A stretch of 64,000 nucleotides of DNA from Dehalococcoidia bacterium (GTDB taxonomy: Bacteria > Chloroflexota > Dehalococcoidia > Plut-88900): the NCBI GenBank assembly GCA_965207225.1, contig CBDBLV010000002.1:256001-320000 (forward strand), written 5' to 3'. The notes under the pieces are model-generated. The model saw nothing but the letters and a program-made list of their open reading frames with translations, ran no database searches and was not told where the DNA came from. Shown here one piece after another: positions 9,782 to 20,238 of the stretch; the first letter of the stretch is position 1, and the number at the start of each line of letters is the position of its first letter. Both the position numbers and the translations under genes were made by a program.

Positions 9782-10711
9782 CTAGCCCTCCTGGAAATAC
9801 CTCAGGTAGATCTCTTCCAGACTGCGGTCTCTGGACTGCATCTGGAGAAGCTCCACACCGTGCTCCATGACCGACGCCAGTGCCTTGGCCCTTACCTGTT
9901 CTTTCGAAGAGACAGTGATCGTGTTGCCCAGTGCAACACAACGGTCCACGGATGGCAGCCCTTTCAGGGCCTCTATCAATTCGGCCGTCGCGTCGCTGAC
10001 TTCTAACTCCAATTGATAGCCTTCTTCCTGCCTGTCCACCAGCTCCCCGACTGGCCCTTCCAGAACCATCTTCCCGTGGGACATTATCCCGACCCGGTTG
10101 CAGATTCGCTGCACCTCATGAAGTCGGTGAGAAGAGATAAAGACCGTTATGCCTTCCGACTTGCTCATCTCCTGGATGAGCTGGAGTAGCCAGTTAACGC
10201 CTGCTGGGTCCAGCCCCAGAGTCGGATCATCTAGGATGACCAGCTTCGGCTCCTTGAGTAATACGTCCGCCAAACCTAACCTCTGCCGCATGCCTCGTGA
10301 ATACTGGCCTACAGGCTGGCTCTTTGCCGCTGACAGCTCGACCTGGTCCATCAGCTCCTCAATGCGCTCGTCGCTCTCCTCACGGGGCATTTCGTTTAGC
10401 CTGGCAGTGTATTGCAGATTCTCCCGACCTGTGAGGTCGTTATAGAAGCCCACGTTCTCCGGCAGGTAGCCGATCATGCGCTTCACGGCTAGAGGATTCC
10501 GCGTCGGGTCGAACCCCGATATCCGCGCCCATCCCTCCGTCGGCTCCGTCAGCCCCAGGAGCATCAGGATAGTGGTGCTCTTACCCGACCCATTCGGCCC
10601 GAGGAAACCGAACACCTCTCCCTCTTCCAGGCGCAGATCAAGGGAGTCAACGGCTGTGAAGTTGCCGTATCTCTTGGTCAGACCCTCGGCCTCGATAATG
10701 ACTTCGCTCAT
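9782..10711 (-). CDS. ABC transporter ATP-binding protein
   Basis: Walker A GPNGSGKST, YSRGMRQR, ILDDPT; start 10711 overlaps the upstream stop (ATGA). Confidence 0.92.
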   Translation of the reverse strand: MSEVIIEAEGLTKRYGNFTAVDSLDLRLEEGEVFGFLGPNGSGKSTTILMLLGLTEPTEGWARISGFDPTRNPLAVKRMIGYLPENVGFYNDLTGRENLQYTARLNEMPREESDERIEELMDQVELSAAKSQPVGQYSRGMRQRLGLADVLLKEPKLVILDDPTLGLDPAGVNWLLQLIQEMSKSEGITVFISSHRLHEVQRICNRVGIMSHGKMVLEGPVGELVDRQEEGYQLELEVSDATAELIEALKGLPSVDRCVALGNTITVSSKEQVRAKALASVMEHGVELLQMQSRDRSLEEIYLRYFQEG

Positions 10712-11937
10712 CGCCTGCCCAGCCGTACGAACATGCCTACCAGGGCAAAGATTACGGCTATCAGTATCCCGATCCCGACCCACTGCCAGACCGTTGACCT
10801 CTCCACCGTAATCCTGAGCGAGACCTGGTCTTGAATGTCGTTGTTGCGTGCGCGCAGGGTGACAAGGTAGTCGCCTGGCACGGCGTCGCTGGGCGGGGTT
10901 ATTGCCACGCCGACGTTTATGAGGTTGTTCACCGGGATAGACTCGATGTTGGCGGTCTGCCACTCGATTTCCCAGCCGGCCGGGGTGTCGGCTATCAGAC
11001 CCAGGTCCGTGATGTCCGCCGTACCCGTGTTGACCAGCTGCACCGTGGCGGCTTGCGCGCTCCCGGCTTCGGCGTTGACGTTCAGCCGACCGTCGGGGGT
11101 GGTCATGAACACATCGAAGGTCCCTGTCAAGGTCACCTGGAGCGGAATTTCCCGGACGTAGATTTCTTCTTCATCCGCCAGCCGTACCACTATCGGATAG
11201 TCTCCTGCAGGCGCCAATGCCGGCGGCGACACCCTCACCTTTATCCTCTGGTTGAGCTGGGTGACTATGCTCACGTTGGTGATCAAGCGCTCCGCCCCGA
11301 AGGCCGGCAGGAATTGCACCCGCCACCCCTGCGGGAACAGCGCCCCGAGGTTCAGGGATACATCTTCGGGAGTGTTATTCACCACGGACATTTCGAACTC
11401 GAATAGGGTGGTAGTGGGGCCGCTAAGGAATGGGTAATTCGAAGTTACCGTGACCTCGCCCGGGTCTTCCGGCGCTCCTTCTACCCTCTGGAGCCTTAGG
11501 CTCTTTTCGACTAGAACATCACCTGTTGCTGACTTTGCCAGGAGCGTCATCGTGAAGTCTGCAGCGCTCTGGTCCCGGGGGCCGCGTATCCGCAACTGCA
11601 AGTCTTCTCGTTGCTCGGGTGCCAATTCGATGCTCGTGATCAGGAACGTCCCGACCCTGGGTCTGAATCTCGCCGTCCAGCCCTCGGGCAGCCCAGACGT
11701 CTCAAGGTTCACCAGCATGGTACGGTTCGTGCCGTTGCACAGCACCGTGTCCAGGTTTGCCGTGGTAGTGGAAGCCTCAAGGAAGATGCCGGTGGCGGGG
11801 GGGTCCATGCTGACTACCCCCGGAGGACAGGGTTCCGGCTCCTCTTCATCATCCTGCGCCAGCACCATTGTTGGCAGAGCCAAAGACAGGACCAGGATGA
11901 TTAGTAAAGCAGATGTGAATAGAGCCTTATAGCGCAT
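10708..11937 (-). CDS. Exported NEW3/Ig-like domain protein with C-terminal membrane anchor
   Basis: Signal peptide, repeated PxGW and GDY beta-sandwich motifs, C-terminal TM ending GRR; GGGAGG SD. Confidence 0.75.
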   Translation of the reverse strand: MRYKALFTSALLIILVLSLALPTMVLAQDDEEEPEPCPPGVVSMDPPATGIFLEASTTTANLDTVLCNGTNRTMLVNLETSGLPEGWTARFRPRVGTFLITSIELAPEQREDLQLRIRGPRDQSAADFTMTLLAKSATGDVLVEKSLRLQRVEGAPEDPGEVTVTSNYPFLSGPTTTLFEFEMSVVNNTPEDVSLNLGALFPQGWRVQFLPAFGAERLITNVSIVTQLNQRIKVRVSPPALAPAGDYPIVVRLADEEEIYVREIPLQVTLTGTFDVFMTTPDGRLNVNAEAGSAQAATVQLVNTGTADITDLGLIADTPAGWEIEWQTANIESIPVNNLINVGVAITPPSDAVPGDYLVTLRARNNDIQDQVSLRITVERSTVWQWVGIGILIAVIFALVGMFVRLGRR

Positions 11938-12338
11938 GGTTCCTCCCTGCCGAGGCCCCACATCCCGCGATCTCCGCTCGCGCCACGGCCTCTGACATTT
12001 GTTTGGGTTGTGTAGTTGCTGGGTTTAGAGGTCGCTTGTTGGCTTATAACGTTTTGGCGTGCAATTGGTTAGGAGGTCAATCGGGTTTTGTCACAAAGAA
12101 GGTCTGCCTCGCGAAATATCTCTTTAGAATCAGCCTTCTTCATTCGCGCCAATTGAGTATAAATGCCCGTCATTGGCTGTCAAGCTGCCAGCCTGCTTGT
12201 CCTGGTAGCATGGTCCCCGACTCAGCTTTGTTCTTCCACGTCCTGTCCGGTTGCCCCCCTCGCGTTGGGGCGGAACACTGCCCCCGTGTTATACTCCCCG
12301 ACGGCCCGGACCCCAGACCCCGTAAGGAAGGACCCACG

Positions 12339-13631
12339 TTGCCAGTCGTAGCGATCGTCGGCGCCCAATGGGGCGACGAAGGTAAAGGAAAGATCGTAGA
12401 TCTCCTATCGGAGAGCGCCGACTACATAGTCAGGTACGCCGGTGGAAACAACGCCGGTCATACCGTGATGAACGCGCATGGTGAGTTCAAGCTCCACATG
12501 GTGCCTGCGGGTGTATTCAATCCCAAGGCTACCTGCGTCCTGGCCAATGGAGTAGTTATTCATCCCCCGGCTCTGCTTGAGGAGATCAAAGGGCTTGAGG
12601 ACAGCAGCGTAAACCTCCAGCCCGGCAAACGTCTTCTCATCAGCGACAAGGCCCACCTCATCATGCCCTACCACGTCCTGCAGGACGAACTGGAGGAAAA
12701 TGCCCGAGGCAGTATGGCTATTGGCACAACCAAAAAGGGCATCGGCCCCGCTTACATGGACAAAACGGGCAGGCTCGGTATCAGGGTGGGGGAACTGCTG
12801 GAACCCGGGTCATTTCGAGAACGGCTTGATTACGTGCTCAGCTACAAGAACGCACTCCTGACAAAGCTATATGGCGTCGAACCCCTCTCCGCGGATGAAG
12901 TTTTCGAGGAGTACGCCGAGCATGGCGAAAAGCTCCGTCCCTTTATTGGCCAGACCGAAATCACCGTTCGCAGGGCCGCCGAGTCCGGCGCCTTGGTAGT
13001 CATGGAAGGCGCGCAAGGCGCACTCCTTGACCCCGACTTCGGCACGTACCCCTTCGTCACGTCCTCCGCCCCGATAGCCGCTGGATCCGCCCAGGGCGCG
13101 GGCCTCAGCCCCAACATGATCGATTCCGTCATTGGGGTCTACAAGAGCTATTCCACACGGGTGGGCTCCGGCCCATTCCCTACCGAGCTCCACGACGAAG
13201 TAGGCCACCACATCCGCGAAAAGGCCGCCGAGTACGGTGCCACAACGGGTCGACCCCGCCGATGCGGCTGGTTTGACGCAGTCCTGGGCCGCTATTCTTC
13301 CATGATAAACGGCTACACGTCGGTGGCGCTGACCCGTCTGGACGTCCTGGACGAACTAGATACCCTGAAGATATGTACGGGCTACCGACTCAACGGCTCC
13401 GTCCTTTCGAATCCCCCATCCAGCGCCGCAGCCCTGAACGACTGCCAGCCCGTCTACGAGGAACTGCCCGGATGGCTCACCTCCACCCGGGAGGCCCGCA
13501 GCTTCGAGGATCTCCCTCCCCAGGCCCGACAGTACGTAGAGCGCATCCAGGAGCTCATCTGCGCCCCCATCGACCTGATCGCTGTCGGGCCCCGCCGCGA
13601 AGAATCCATCTTCCTCCGACCTCTCCCATAG
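12339..13631 (+). CDS. purA: Adenylosuccinate synthetase
   Basis: GAQWGDEGKGK, GGNNAGHT, GTTKKGIGPAY, TTGRPRRCGW; TTG start after AAGGA. Confidence 0.97.
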   Translation: MPVVAIVGAQWGDEGKGKIVDLLSESADYIVRYAGGNNAGHTVMNAHGEFKLHMVPAGVFNPKATCVLANGVVIHPPALLEEIKGLEDSSVNLQPGKRLLISDKAHLIMPYHVLQDELEENARGSMAIGTTKKGIGPAYMDKTGRLGIRVGELLEPGSFRERLDYVLSYKNALLTKLYGVEPLSADEVFEEYAEHGEKLRPFIGQTEITVRRAAESGALVVMEGAQGALLDPDFGTYPFVTSSAPIAAGSAQGAGLSPNMIDSVIGVYKSYSTRVGSGPFPTELHDEVGHHIREKAAEYGATTGRPRRCGWFDAVLGRYSSMINGYTSVALTRLDVLDELDTLKICTGYRLNGSVLSNPPSSAAALNDCQPVYEELPGWLTSTREARSFEDLPPQARQYVERIQELICAPIDLIAVGPRREESIFLRPLP

Positions 13632-13644
13632 CACTGAATTCAGG

Positions 13645-13683
13645 ACGCGACGAGGGCCCGGCGGTGCCGGGTCCTCGCGTTTG
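13645..13683. terminator. Terminator hairpin between convergent purA and dapA
   Basis: CGAGGGCCCGGC-GGT-GCCGGGTCCTCG followed by CGTTT. Confidence 0.6.
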
Positions 13684-13696
13684 AGGCTTTGTTTGC

Positions 13697-14599
13697 TTAC
13701 ACCCTTGCAGGTATGGGCAAGTCCATGGAGTGCTTTGCAACTTCCGCCATGATCTTCGCGGCGGTGGCATCATCGGGGCCAAGAAGCGGTAACCTTGTGC
13801 CTCCCACGTCGAACCCTATCCTCCCCATAGCATACTTCAGGGGTATCGGGTTGGCCACAACGAACATGCTGTTAACCAGGGGCAGGAGCCTACGGTGAAT
13901 AGCTGCCGCTTCATTGTTGCTCCTGCTGACATAGCTGTCGATCATCTGCTTGATCTGATTGCCGACCAAGTGTGAGAGGACACTAACCACACCATAACCG
14001 CCCAGGGAAAGGATGGGCAACGTGTCCCCGTCATTCCCGCTCCAGACTTTGAAGTCAGGGCCTGCGCCCGAGATGATCTTCGAAATCTGGTCGAAATCGG
14101 CGCTCGCCTCCTTGATCCCGACAATGTTCTCAATTGCACTTAGCTTAACTACGGTGCCAGCCTGAATGTTCGTCACGGTGCGGCTGGGGACGTTGTAGAT
14201 TATGCAGGGGAGCGACGTGCTGCCGGCGATGTAAGCGAAGTGCTCGTAAAGGCCGTCCTGGGGCGGCTTGTTGTAGTAGGGCACCACAAGCAGTGCGCCG
14301 TCTACACCCAGCCTCTCCGCCTCCCCAGTCAATTCCGCCGACTCTGCGGTACAGTAGCTCCCCGAACCCGCAATCACCGAGGCCCGGTCCCCCACCTCCG
14401 CCTTCACCTCCGCCCACAGCCTTGTTTTTTCCTCCGAGGTTAGGGTCGGGGCCTCTCCTGTCGTACCGGTCACGACTAACCCATCGCTGCCCGAGTCAAC
14501 AAGCGCAGATGCCAGGCGTTTGGCAGCATCGTAGTCCACCTCCCCCCTGTCGTCGAAGGGCGTCACCATCGCCGTGAGAAGTCTTCCTATCTCCACCAT
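13697..14599 (-). CDS. dapA: 4-hydroxy-tetrahydrodipicolinate synthase
   Basis: GTTGE, PYYNKP, IYNVPSRT, GIKEAS. Confidence 0.96.
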   Translation of the reverse strand: MVEIGRLLTAMVTPFDDRGEVDYDAAKRLASALVDSGSDGLVVTGTTGEAPTLTSEEKTRLWAEVKAEVGDRASVIAGSGSYCTAESAELTGEAERLGVDGALLVVPYYNKPPQDGLYEHFAYIAGSTSLPCIIYNVPSRTVTNIQAGTVVKLSAIENIVGIKEASADFDQISKIISGAGPDFKVWSGNDGDTLPILSLGGYGVVSVLSHLVGNQIKQMIDSYVSRSNNEAAAIHRRLLPLVNSMFVVANPIPLKYAMGRIGFDVGGTRLPLLGPDDATAAKIMAEVAKHSMDLPIPARV

Positions 14600-14677
14600 C
14601 TTTCGCCTCCCTTCTCTTGCCTCTTACCGATGACTGTCACTAAGCCGCTGGGCCGAGCGTATTGAGTTATCGTGTGA

Positions 14678-15730
14678 CTACTGTGCGGCGGACGTGAGGA
14701 CGGGTTCGGGTCGAGACTCTCTCTGTCCCGAAATCAGCACCTCGGCAATTTGCACCGTGTTCAAGGCAGCACCCTTGCGAACGTTGTCGCCGACTACCCA
14801 CAAGGCTATTCCCCTAGGGTGGGATGCGTCCTTCCTGATTCTACCGACAAACACGTCGTCCGTTCCGGCAACCGATACAGGTAGCGGATATTCATGCGAC
14901 GCTGGGTTATCTATGACGTGGACACCCGGGGCTTGGGACAGGACTTCCCTGACTTCCTGAGCGTCCATTGGGTCGGTTAGTTCCATGTGTACGGCTTCAC
15001 TGTGGCTTACGTACACCGGTACCCGAACTGCCGTAGCGGAAATGGCCATTTCCGGCGCATGCATGATTTTGCGAGTCTCCTGGACTATCTTCCACTCCTC
15101 GTTGAAGTAACCGTTGTCCAGGTAGGTGTCGATTTCCGGTATCACGTTGAAGGCTATCGGGTGAGGCATCTTCCGGGCACTGACCTCTTCACTAGCAACT
15201 GACGCACGAGTCTGGTCTTCCAGCTCCTGTACACCTGCTCCCCCTGCCCCCGATACTGATTGGTAGGTATCCACAATCACCCGCTTGATGGGGTTCACCC
15301 GGTGAATCGGGGCAAGGGCCACGACCAGTTGTATGGTCGAACAGTTCGGGTTGGCAATGATGCCCTCGTGCTTGAACACGTCATCGGCGTTCACCTCGGG
15401 GACGACCAGTGGGACGTTCTCCTCCATACGGAAGGCCTTGCTATTGTCCACGACCACAGCCCCACATTCGGCGGCAATTGGAGAGAACTTACGGCTCACC
15501 CCCGAGCCAGCCGAAAACAGCACGATATCCACTCCGTCAAAGGAGCCTTCATCCAACCTCTCAACCACCACGTCCCGACCCTTGACTTGCATCACCTTGC
15601 CCTCGGACCGCTCCGAGGCCAGGAGCCTCACCGAGGACATGGGGAAGTCTCGCTCCTCCAAAATACTGAGGAACTGCCGACCCACCAGGCCAGTGGCCCC
15701 GGCGATTGCTATGCTAGGTTCTCGTTTCAT
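14678..15730 (-). CDS. asd: Aspartate-semialdehyde dehydrogenase
   Basis: GATGLVG, ANPNCST, YQSVSGAG, DNVRKGAALN. Confidence 0.97.
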   Translation of the reverse strand: MKREPSIAIAGATGLVGRQFLSILEERDFPMSSVRLLASERSEGKVMQVKGRDVVVERLDEGSFDGVDIVLFSAGSGVSRKFSPIAAECGAVVVDNSKAFRMEENVPLVVPEVNADDVFKHEGIIANPNCSTIQLVVALAPIHRVNPIKRVIVDTYQSVSGAGGAGVQELEDQTRASVASEEVSARKMPHPIAFNVIPEIDTYLDNGYFNEEWKIVQETRKIMHAPEMAISATAVRVPVYVSHSEAVHMELTDPMDAQEVREVLSQAPGVHVIDNPASHEYPLPVSVAGTDDVFVGRIRKDASHPRGIALWVVGDNVRKGAALNTVQIAEVLISGQRESRPEPVLTSAAQ

Positions 15731-15800
15731 ATCGATTTCTCAAGGCAGGCGCGATGAGCGCCTCTATCCGTAGGCTTGGAATGATAGGACTTAAGGGGAT

Positions 15801-16598
15801 TTAGTCAAGGCCCAGCAGGTTATCCAGGCCAAAGACTATCCCCACCCGCTTGGGCGCAGCCTCCAGGGCCATCAGAACGCCGGGCATGTAGCACGTCCTC
15901 CCGGAGGTGTCGTGCCTGATAGAAAGAGTCTGACCGAGACCCCCAAAGATCACTTCCTGGTGCGCCACCGAGCCCTGGGGCCTGAGGCTGTGTACGGCCA
16001 CGCCATCCACTACCGCCCCTCGTGATCCGGGCAAGTTCTCCTTTTGCGTGACCGACAGTTCAAAGGGCTTGCCCCTAGCCTTCACCATGTCCTCGGCGGT
16101 GGCGATGGCGGTGCCGGATGGGGCGTCTATCTTTGTCTCGTGGTGCCTTTCAATCACCTCTGCATAGTCGAAGTACCTGCTGGCGATCTTGGACATGTGG
16201 ATCATCAGCACAGCGCCCAGAGCGAAGTTGGGCGCTATCACCCCCCCGACGTTGTGCTGACGGCATAGCACATCAAGTTCGGACACTTGGTCCCCCGTCA
16301 ACCCGGACGTGCCGATGACTACGTGGACACCGTTCTCTATAGCAACTCGTGCAGTGGCCAGCGCGCCTTCGGCCTGGCTGAAATCAACTATCACGTCAGG
16401 CTTGACGTGTTGGAGAAGGCTCGGGAAATCCAGGGTATGGGGCACGCCTGAACCGTCGGGGAGGGTTAGTGGGGAGCCGTCAGCATCCAGGGACACGGCC
16501 CCCGCCACCCGCATATCGGGATGGTTGGATACTGCTGCGACTATCTCTTTGCCGACGCGCCCGGTTGCTCCCTGGATGGCTACGTTGAGAGTTGCCAC
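15801..16598 (-). CDS. dapB: 4-hydroxy-tetrahydrodipicolinate reductase
   Basis: GATGRVG, APNFALG, ERHHETKIDAPSGTA. Confidence 0.96.
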   Translation of the reverse strand: MATLNVAIQGATGRVGKEIVAAVSNHPDMRVAGAVSLDADGSPLTLPDGSGVPHTLDFPSLLQHVKPDVIVDFSQAEGALATARVAIENGVHVVIGTSGLTGDQVSELDVLCRQHNVGGVIAPNFALGAVLMIHMSKIASRYFDYAEVIERHHETKIDAPSGTAIATAEDMVKARGKPFELSVTQKENLPGSRGAVVDGVAVHSLRPQGSVAHQEVIFGGLGQTLSIRHDTSGRTCYMPGVLMALEAAPKRVGIVFGLDNLLGLD

Positions 16599-16630
16599 GG
16601 CTGAACCTCCCTGTTCACAGGGTTGCCGTG

Positions 16631-18892
16631 CTACCGTCTCCGGCCCCGGCTCCCCGAAAACCTGCCCTGCGGCCTATCACCCCTGGGCGGCCGCCTGTCC
16701 TGGGGTCTCCTGTCCCGGCCCCCGCCCCGGAAGTCTCCATCCGACCTCCCATATCCTCCACCCGACCGCGCGTATTCTTCCCTGGGCCGAGAGCCATCAT
16801 CCCCGGGCGCTCCTTCGAGCACCGCTCTCCTTGAGAGGTTGATTCGCCCCAGGGAATCTATTTCGGTGACCATCACGGTGACTTCGTCGCCGACCTGGAC
16901 CTCGTCCTCCACGGATTCGACCCGGTATTCCGCAAGCTCGCTGATGTGGACCAGGCCGTCCTTGCCGGGCAGTATCTCCACAAAGGCGCCGAAGTTCATG
17001 ATCCGCACTACTTTGCCGGTGTAGGTCTCACCAACTTCCACCTCTTTGGTCAGGCCGCGGATCATCTCTTCGGCCCGCCGGGAGGCTTCCCGATCAGATG
17101 AACCTATTATCACCGTTCCGTCATCTTCGACGTCAACGGTTGCACCAGTGGCTTCGACAATCGACCTTATGGTCTTGCCGCCCGGGCCTATGACTATCCC
17201 AATCTTCTCTTTATCTATCTTGACGGTCGTCATACGAGGGGCGTATTCGCTCAGTTCAGGTCGGGCTTGCTGGATGGTCTTGCCCATCAGGTCGAGGATC
17301 TGGAGCCGTCCCGCCACCGCCTGCTTCAGGGCCTTCTCCATGATTTCGAAGCTCAGGCCCTTTATTTTCAGGTCCATCTGCCAGCCGGTCATTCCCTCGG
17401 TGGTACCGGCTACCTTGAAGTCCATGTCTCCCATGAAGTCTTCGATGCCGGCGATATCCGTAAGCACCGAATACCGGCCGTTCTCATCCGTAATCAGGCC
17501 CATGGCCACTCCGGCAACGGGATGAGATATCGGAACGCCCGCATCCATCAGGGATAAGCTGCTTCCGCACACGCTTGCCATAGAGGTGCTGCCGTTGGAG
17601 CTAAGCGCCTCCGACACCACTCTTATTGCGTAAGGGAAATCTTCCTCACTGGGCAGGATGGGTTCAATGGACCTCTCCGCAAGGGCCCCGTGGCCTATCT
17701 CCCTGCGACCCGGCGACCCGATCCGTCCCGTCTCCCCCACGCTGTAGGGCGGGAAGTTGTAGTGGTGCATGAACCGTTTTCTGGTCTGCGGGCTGATGTT
17801 GTCTATCTTCTGAGCGTCGCCCGAGGACGAAAGCGTGGTAACCGAGAGCACCTGTGTCTGCCCTCGACTGAAAAGTCCTGTCCCATGAGTCCTGGGAAGG
17901 ATTCCGACCTCGCACTCGATGTGGCGGAGTTCGTCCAGATTCCTGCCGTCGGGCCTGACACCCGTGTCCAGGATGTTCGCCCGGACCTGCTTCTTAACCT
18001 GGGCTCGGACTATGTCCCCCACCGCCTCGCCGGGGAAGCTGTCGGACAGTGCGGATATCGCTTCCTTCTCCAAAGCCTCAATGGCCGACTCCCTGTCCTC
18101 TCTTCTCACCACCTTGCTGGTGCTCTTCAAGCGGTCGCCGACCAGGTCCAGGACGGCCTTTTCAAGGTCCGGGTTAGGGATTGCGGAAGCGGGAAGCTTC
18201 ATCTTCGTCTTGCCCCACGCGGAGACAAGCTCTTCCTGCAACCCGATGACTATCTGGTTAGCTTCATGCCCGAACTTGACCGCATTGAAGACAAGGTCTT
18301 CGGGAAGCTGGTTGGCCCCGGCCTCGACCATCACGACAGCATCCTTAGTGCTCACGACGACCAGGTCCAGGTCGCTCTTGTCCGACTGGGCATAGGTCGG
18401 GTTCAGCACGAACTCACCGTCTACGTAGCCGACACGGGAGCCGCCCACGGGACCCTCGAAGGGAATCTCCGAGATGGAAAGCGCCGCCGACGCGCCGATG
18501 ATCGCCGGTATAGCAGGCTCATGCTCCCTGTCCGTAGAAAGGACGGTGGCGATTATCTGGACGTCGTTGCGGAAACCCTTGGGGAAGAGGGGCCGCAGCG
18601 GGCGGTCAATCAGCCGACCCGTAAGAATGGCCTCCGCGCCGGGCCTGCCCTCTCTCTTGAAGAAGCTGCCCGGGATCTTCCCGGCCGCGTAGTGACGCTC
18701 TTCCATGTCTATGGTGAGGGGGAAGAAGTCGATGCCGGGTCGGGGTTGGGCGGATACGCAGGCTGTGACCAGAACTACGGTCTCGCCATATATGACGGTA
18801 ACCGACCCGTGGGCCTGCATTGCAAGCTTCCCCGTACCGATGGTTAGGGGGATGCCGCCCAGGTCTCTTTGAAAGCTGCTAGCTGCTGCCAA
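16631..18892 (-). CDS. pnp: Polyribonucleotide nucleotidyltransferase
   Basis: DFFPLT, RREIGHG, SNGSTSMAS, GDMDFKVAGT, KH and S1 domains. Confidence 0.98.
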   Translation of the reverse strand: MAAASSFQRDLGGIPLTIGTGKLAMQAHGSVTVIYGETVVLVTACVSAQPRPGIDFFPLTIDMEERHYAAGKIPGSFFKREGRPGAEAILTGRLIDRPLRPLFPKGFRNDVQIIATVLSTDREHEPAIPAIIGASAALSISEIPFEGPVGGSRVGYVDGEFVLNPTYAQSDKSDLDLVVVSTKDAVVMVEAGANQLPEDLVFNAVKFGHEANQIVIGLQEELVSAWGKTKMKLPASAIPNPDLEKAVLDLVGDRLKSTSKVVRREDRESAIEALEKEAISALSDSFPGEAVGDIVRAQVKKQVRANILDTGVRPDGRNLDELRHIECEVGILPRTHGTGLFSRGQTQVLSVTTLSSSGDAQKIDNISPQTRKRFMHHYNFPPYSVGETGRIGSPGRREIGHGALAERSIEPILPSEEDFPYAIRVVSEALSSNGSTSMASVCGSSLSLMDAGVPISHPVAGVAMGLITDENGRYSVLTDIAGIEDFMGDMDFKVAGTTEGMTGWQMDLKIKGLSFEIMEKALKQAVAGRLQILDLMGKTIQQARPELSEYAPRMTTVKIDKEKIGIVIGPGGKTIRSIVEATGATVDVEDDGTVIIGSSDREASRRAEEMIRGLTKEVEVGETYTGKVVRIMNFGAFVEILPGKDGLVHISELAEYRVESVEDEVQVGDEVTVMVTEIDSLGRINLSRRAVLEGAPGDDGSRPREEYARSGGGYGRSDGDFRGGGRDRRPQDRRPPRGDRPQGRFSGSRGRRR

Positions 18893-18921
18893 GTATGGTC
18901 CGTATCAGGCCATCCACAGCG

Positions 18922-19185
18922 CTATCGCCTCAGTCCCAGCCTGGAAATCATGGAGCGGTAGCGCCCCACGTCTTTCCGGTTCAAGTACTCGAGCAGTCGC
19001 CTGCGTTGGCCAACCAGTTTAAGGAGACCCCGCTGGCTGTGATAATCGTGCTTGTGACTTCTGAGGTGCTGGGTGATAGACCCTATCCTGTTAGTCAGGA
19101 GGGCTATCTGCACCTCCGCCGACCCAGAGTCATTGTCGTGAAGCCTGTAGGAACCGATTATTTCTTGCTTTAGCTGTGGCTCCAA
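18922..19185 (-). CDS. rpsO: 30S ribosomal protein S15
   Basis: [13 protein letters not shown]...[22 protein letters not shown]...LGLRR; TTG start at 19185 after AGAGG. Confidence 0.96.
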   Translation of the reverse strand: MEPQLKQEIIGSYRLHDNDSGSAEVQIALLTNRIGSITQHLRSHKHDYHSQRGLLKLVGQRRRLLEYLNRKDVGRYRSMISRLGLRR

Positions 19186-19214
19186 AAAATCTATACCTCT
19201 AATTTCCGTGGCGG

Positions 19215-19243
19215 AGTATAGCACAGAGGGGGCGCGGATGCCA
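19215..19243 (-). promoter_or_regulatory. Sigma70-type promoter of the rpsO-pnp-dap operon
   Basis: Minus strand TGGCAT-N17-TATACT with extended -10 TG. Confidence 0.55.
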
Positions 19244-19259
19244 CAGGGTGTTGCGGATT

Positions 19260-19312
19260 TTGATTGAACGTTGATTGAACATTGATTGAACTCGTAGCTG
19301 TTTTGATTGAAT
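19260..19312. repeat. Phased direct repeats TTGATTGAAC/T x4
   Basis: Copies start at 19260, 19271, 19282 and 19303. Confidence 0.85.
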
Positions 19313-19335
19313 GACGCCTAAAGGGGAAAACGGAG

Positions 19336-19500
19336 GGGAACCCTCTCCCCCTCGATCCCCCTCTCCCTTAGGGCCATTGAGGGAGAGGGGGAGGAGTAAA
19401 CAGAGGGACGTGCGTGCGCGGGGCGCACGCACGTCCCTCTAGTTTGTACTCGGGGGGAGAGGAGAACAGCGCCGACCTCTGCCTCTAGTTCAGTACTGGG
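19336..19500. repeat. REP-like two-hairpin unit A plus partial unit D
   Basis: TCCCCCTCTCCC-TTAGGGCCATTGA-GGGAGAGGGGGA, then a perfect 18-bp stem at 19402-19440 and an AGTTTGTACT tail; partial copy TGCCTCTAGTTCAGTACTGG at 19480-19499. Confidence 0.8.
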
Positions 19501-19570
19501 TGGAAGGGAGGGAATGACGGAGAGGAGCCTGGCTGAGTTGCGTAGTTGGGTCTGGTCGTTCAGGAGGGAT

Positions 19571-19596
19571 GGATTCCCGACTCCTCGGGAATGACG
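19571..19596 (-). repeat. REP-like palindrome of the GTCATTCCCG-N-CGGGAATCC type
   Basis: Minus strand reads CGTCATTCCCGAGGAGTCGGGAATCC; a partial GGGAATGACGG lies near 19510. Confidence 0.65.
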
Positions 19597-20171
19597 GGTT
19601 AGACGGGCGGGGATGGGGGTGTTCGGTTGTGGGGTTTGGGTATTCATTTTGTTCTGGCTGTGGGGTTTTGGGTCGGCGATGGAAGGTCCGGGACTCGGAT
19701 GCAGGACCTCGATGGCACCTACGCCGACGCTGGTGGCATCGGCGGTTGTCCTGCCTTTCCCTTCACGCATGCCTTGGGAGACTTGCCGCTGTCGAGGGCG
19801 TCTCTGCGTGGGGACATCCGCTCTCTGCATCAGCGCTCGACCGCTGTACGGGACGGCATATCGGCTCGAGGCCGCCGTGGGCGGAAGGAGCCGCATAAGG
19901 GCGCTAAGGCCCTGCATAACGAGTCAGAGGACTCGCGGAATTCCTCGACGAGGGTAAAGTCGGCGAGGCGTATACGCCCGAGTAAGGGGCGTCGTATCGG
20001 CAAGGGCGTCGTTATAGAGAGGCCTGCTGCCGCATAGAGTCGATGGACCATCCATCGCCTGGTGGGTCAGGGAAGGGACACGAGACTTGATGGGATGAGG
20101 AGATGGCGTCCCCGACGTCTCGGGGGCGGTGCCTTGGGTCGGGTCTCGGGGGCTTCCCTGGGTTTTTGGTT

Positions 20172-20238
20172 CCTCCTTGTGTTACTGAATATCAGTTCGA
20201 ACTGCAAAACAGTTTAGCACGGGTGTAATAGAAGTCAA
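20172..20238 (-). promoter_or_regulatory. Orphan sigma70 promoter with LexA-like box and SD
   Basis: Minus strand TTGACT-N16-TAAACT with TG extension; GAACTGATATTC at 20187-20198; AAGGAGG at 20172-20178. Confidence 0.5.

Noticed and set aside
12003-12338. 112-aa N-terminal extension of PurA
   Set aside because: Homology starts at TTG 12339, which has an SD and an upstream TATACT; the extension is intergenic sequence. The same applies to the track's extensions of rpsA and the ABC ATPase
17690-18847. Long antisense ORFs over pnp, and similarly 38578-39492, 46432-47535 and 53136-54161
   Set aside because: Opposite-strand shadows of well-supported genes
19318-19917. 199-aa minus-strand ORF and overlapping plus-strand ORFs (19569-20037)
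   Set aside because: They run through palindromic repeats, have low-complexity composition and show no SD or recognisable domain
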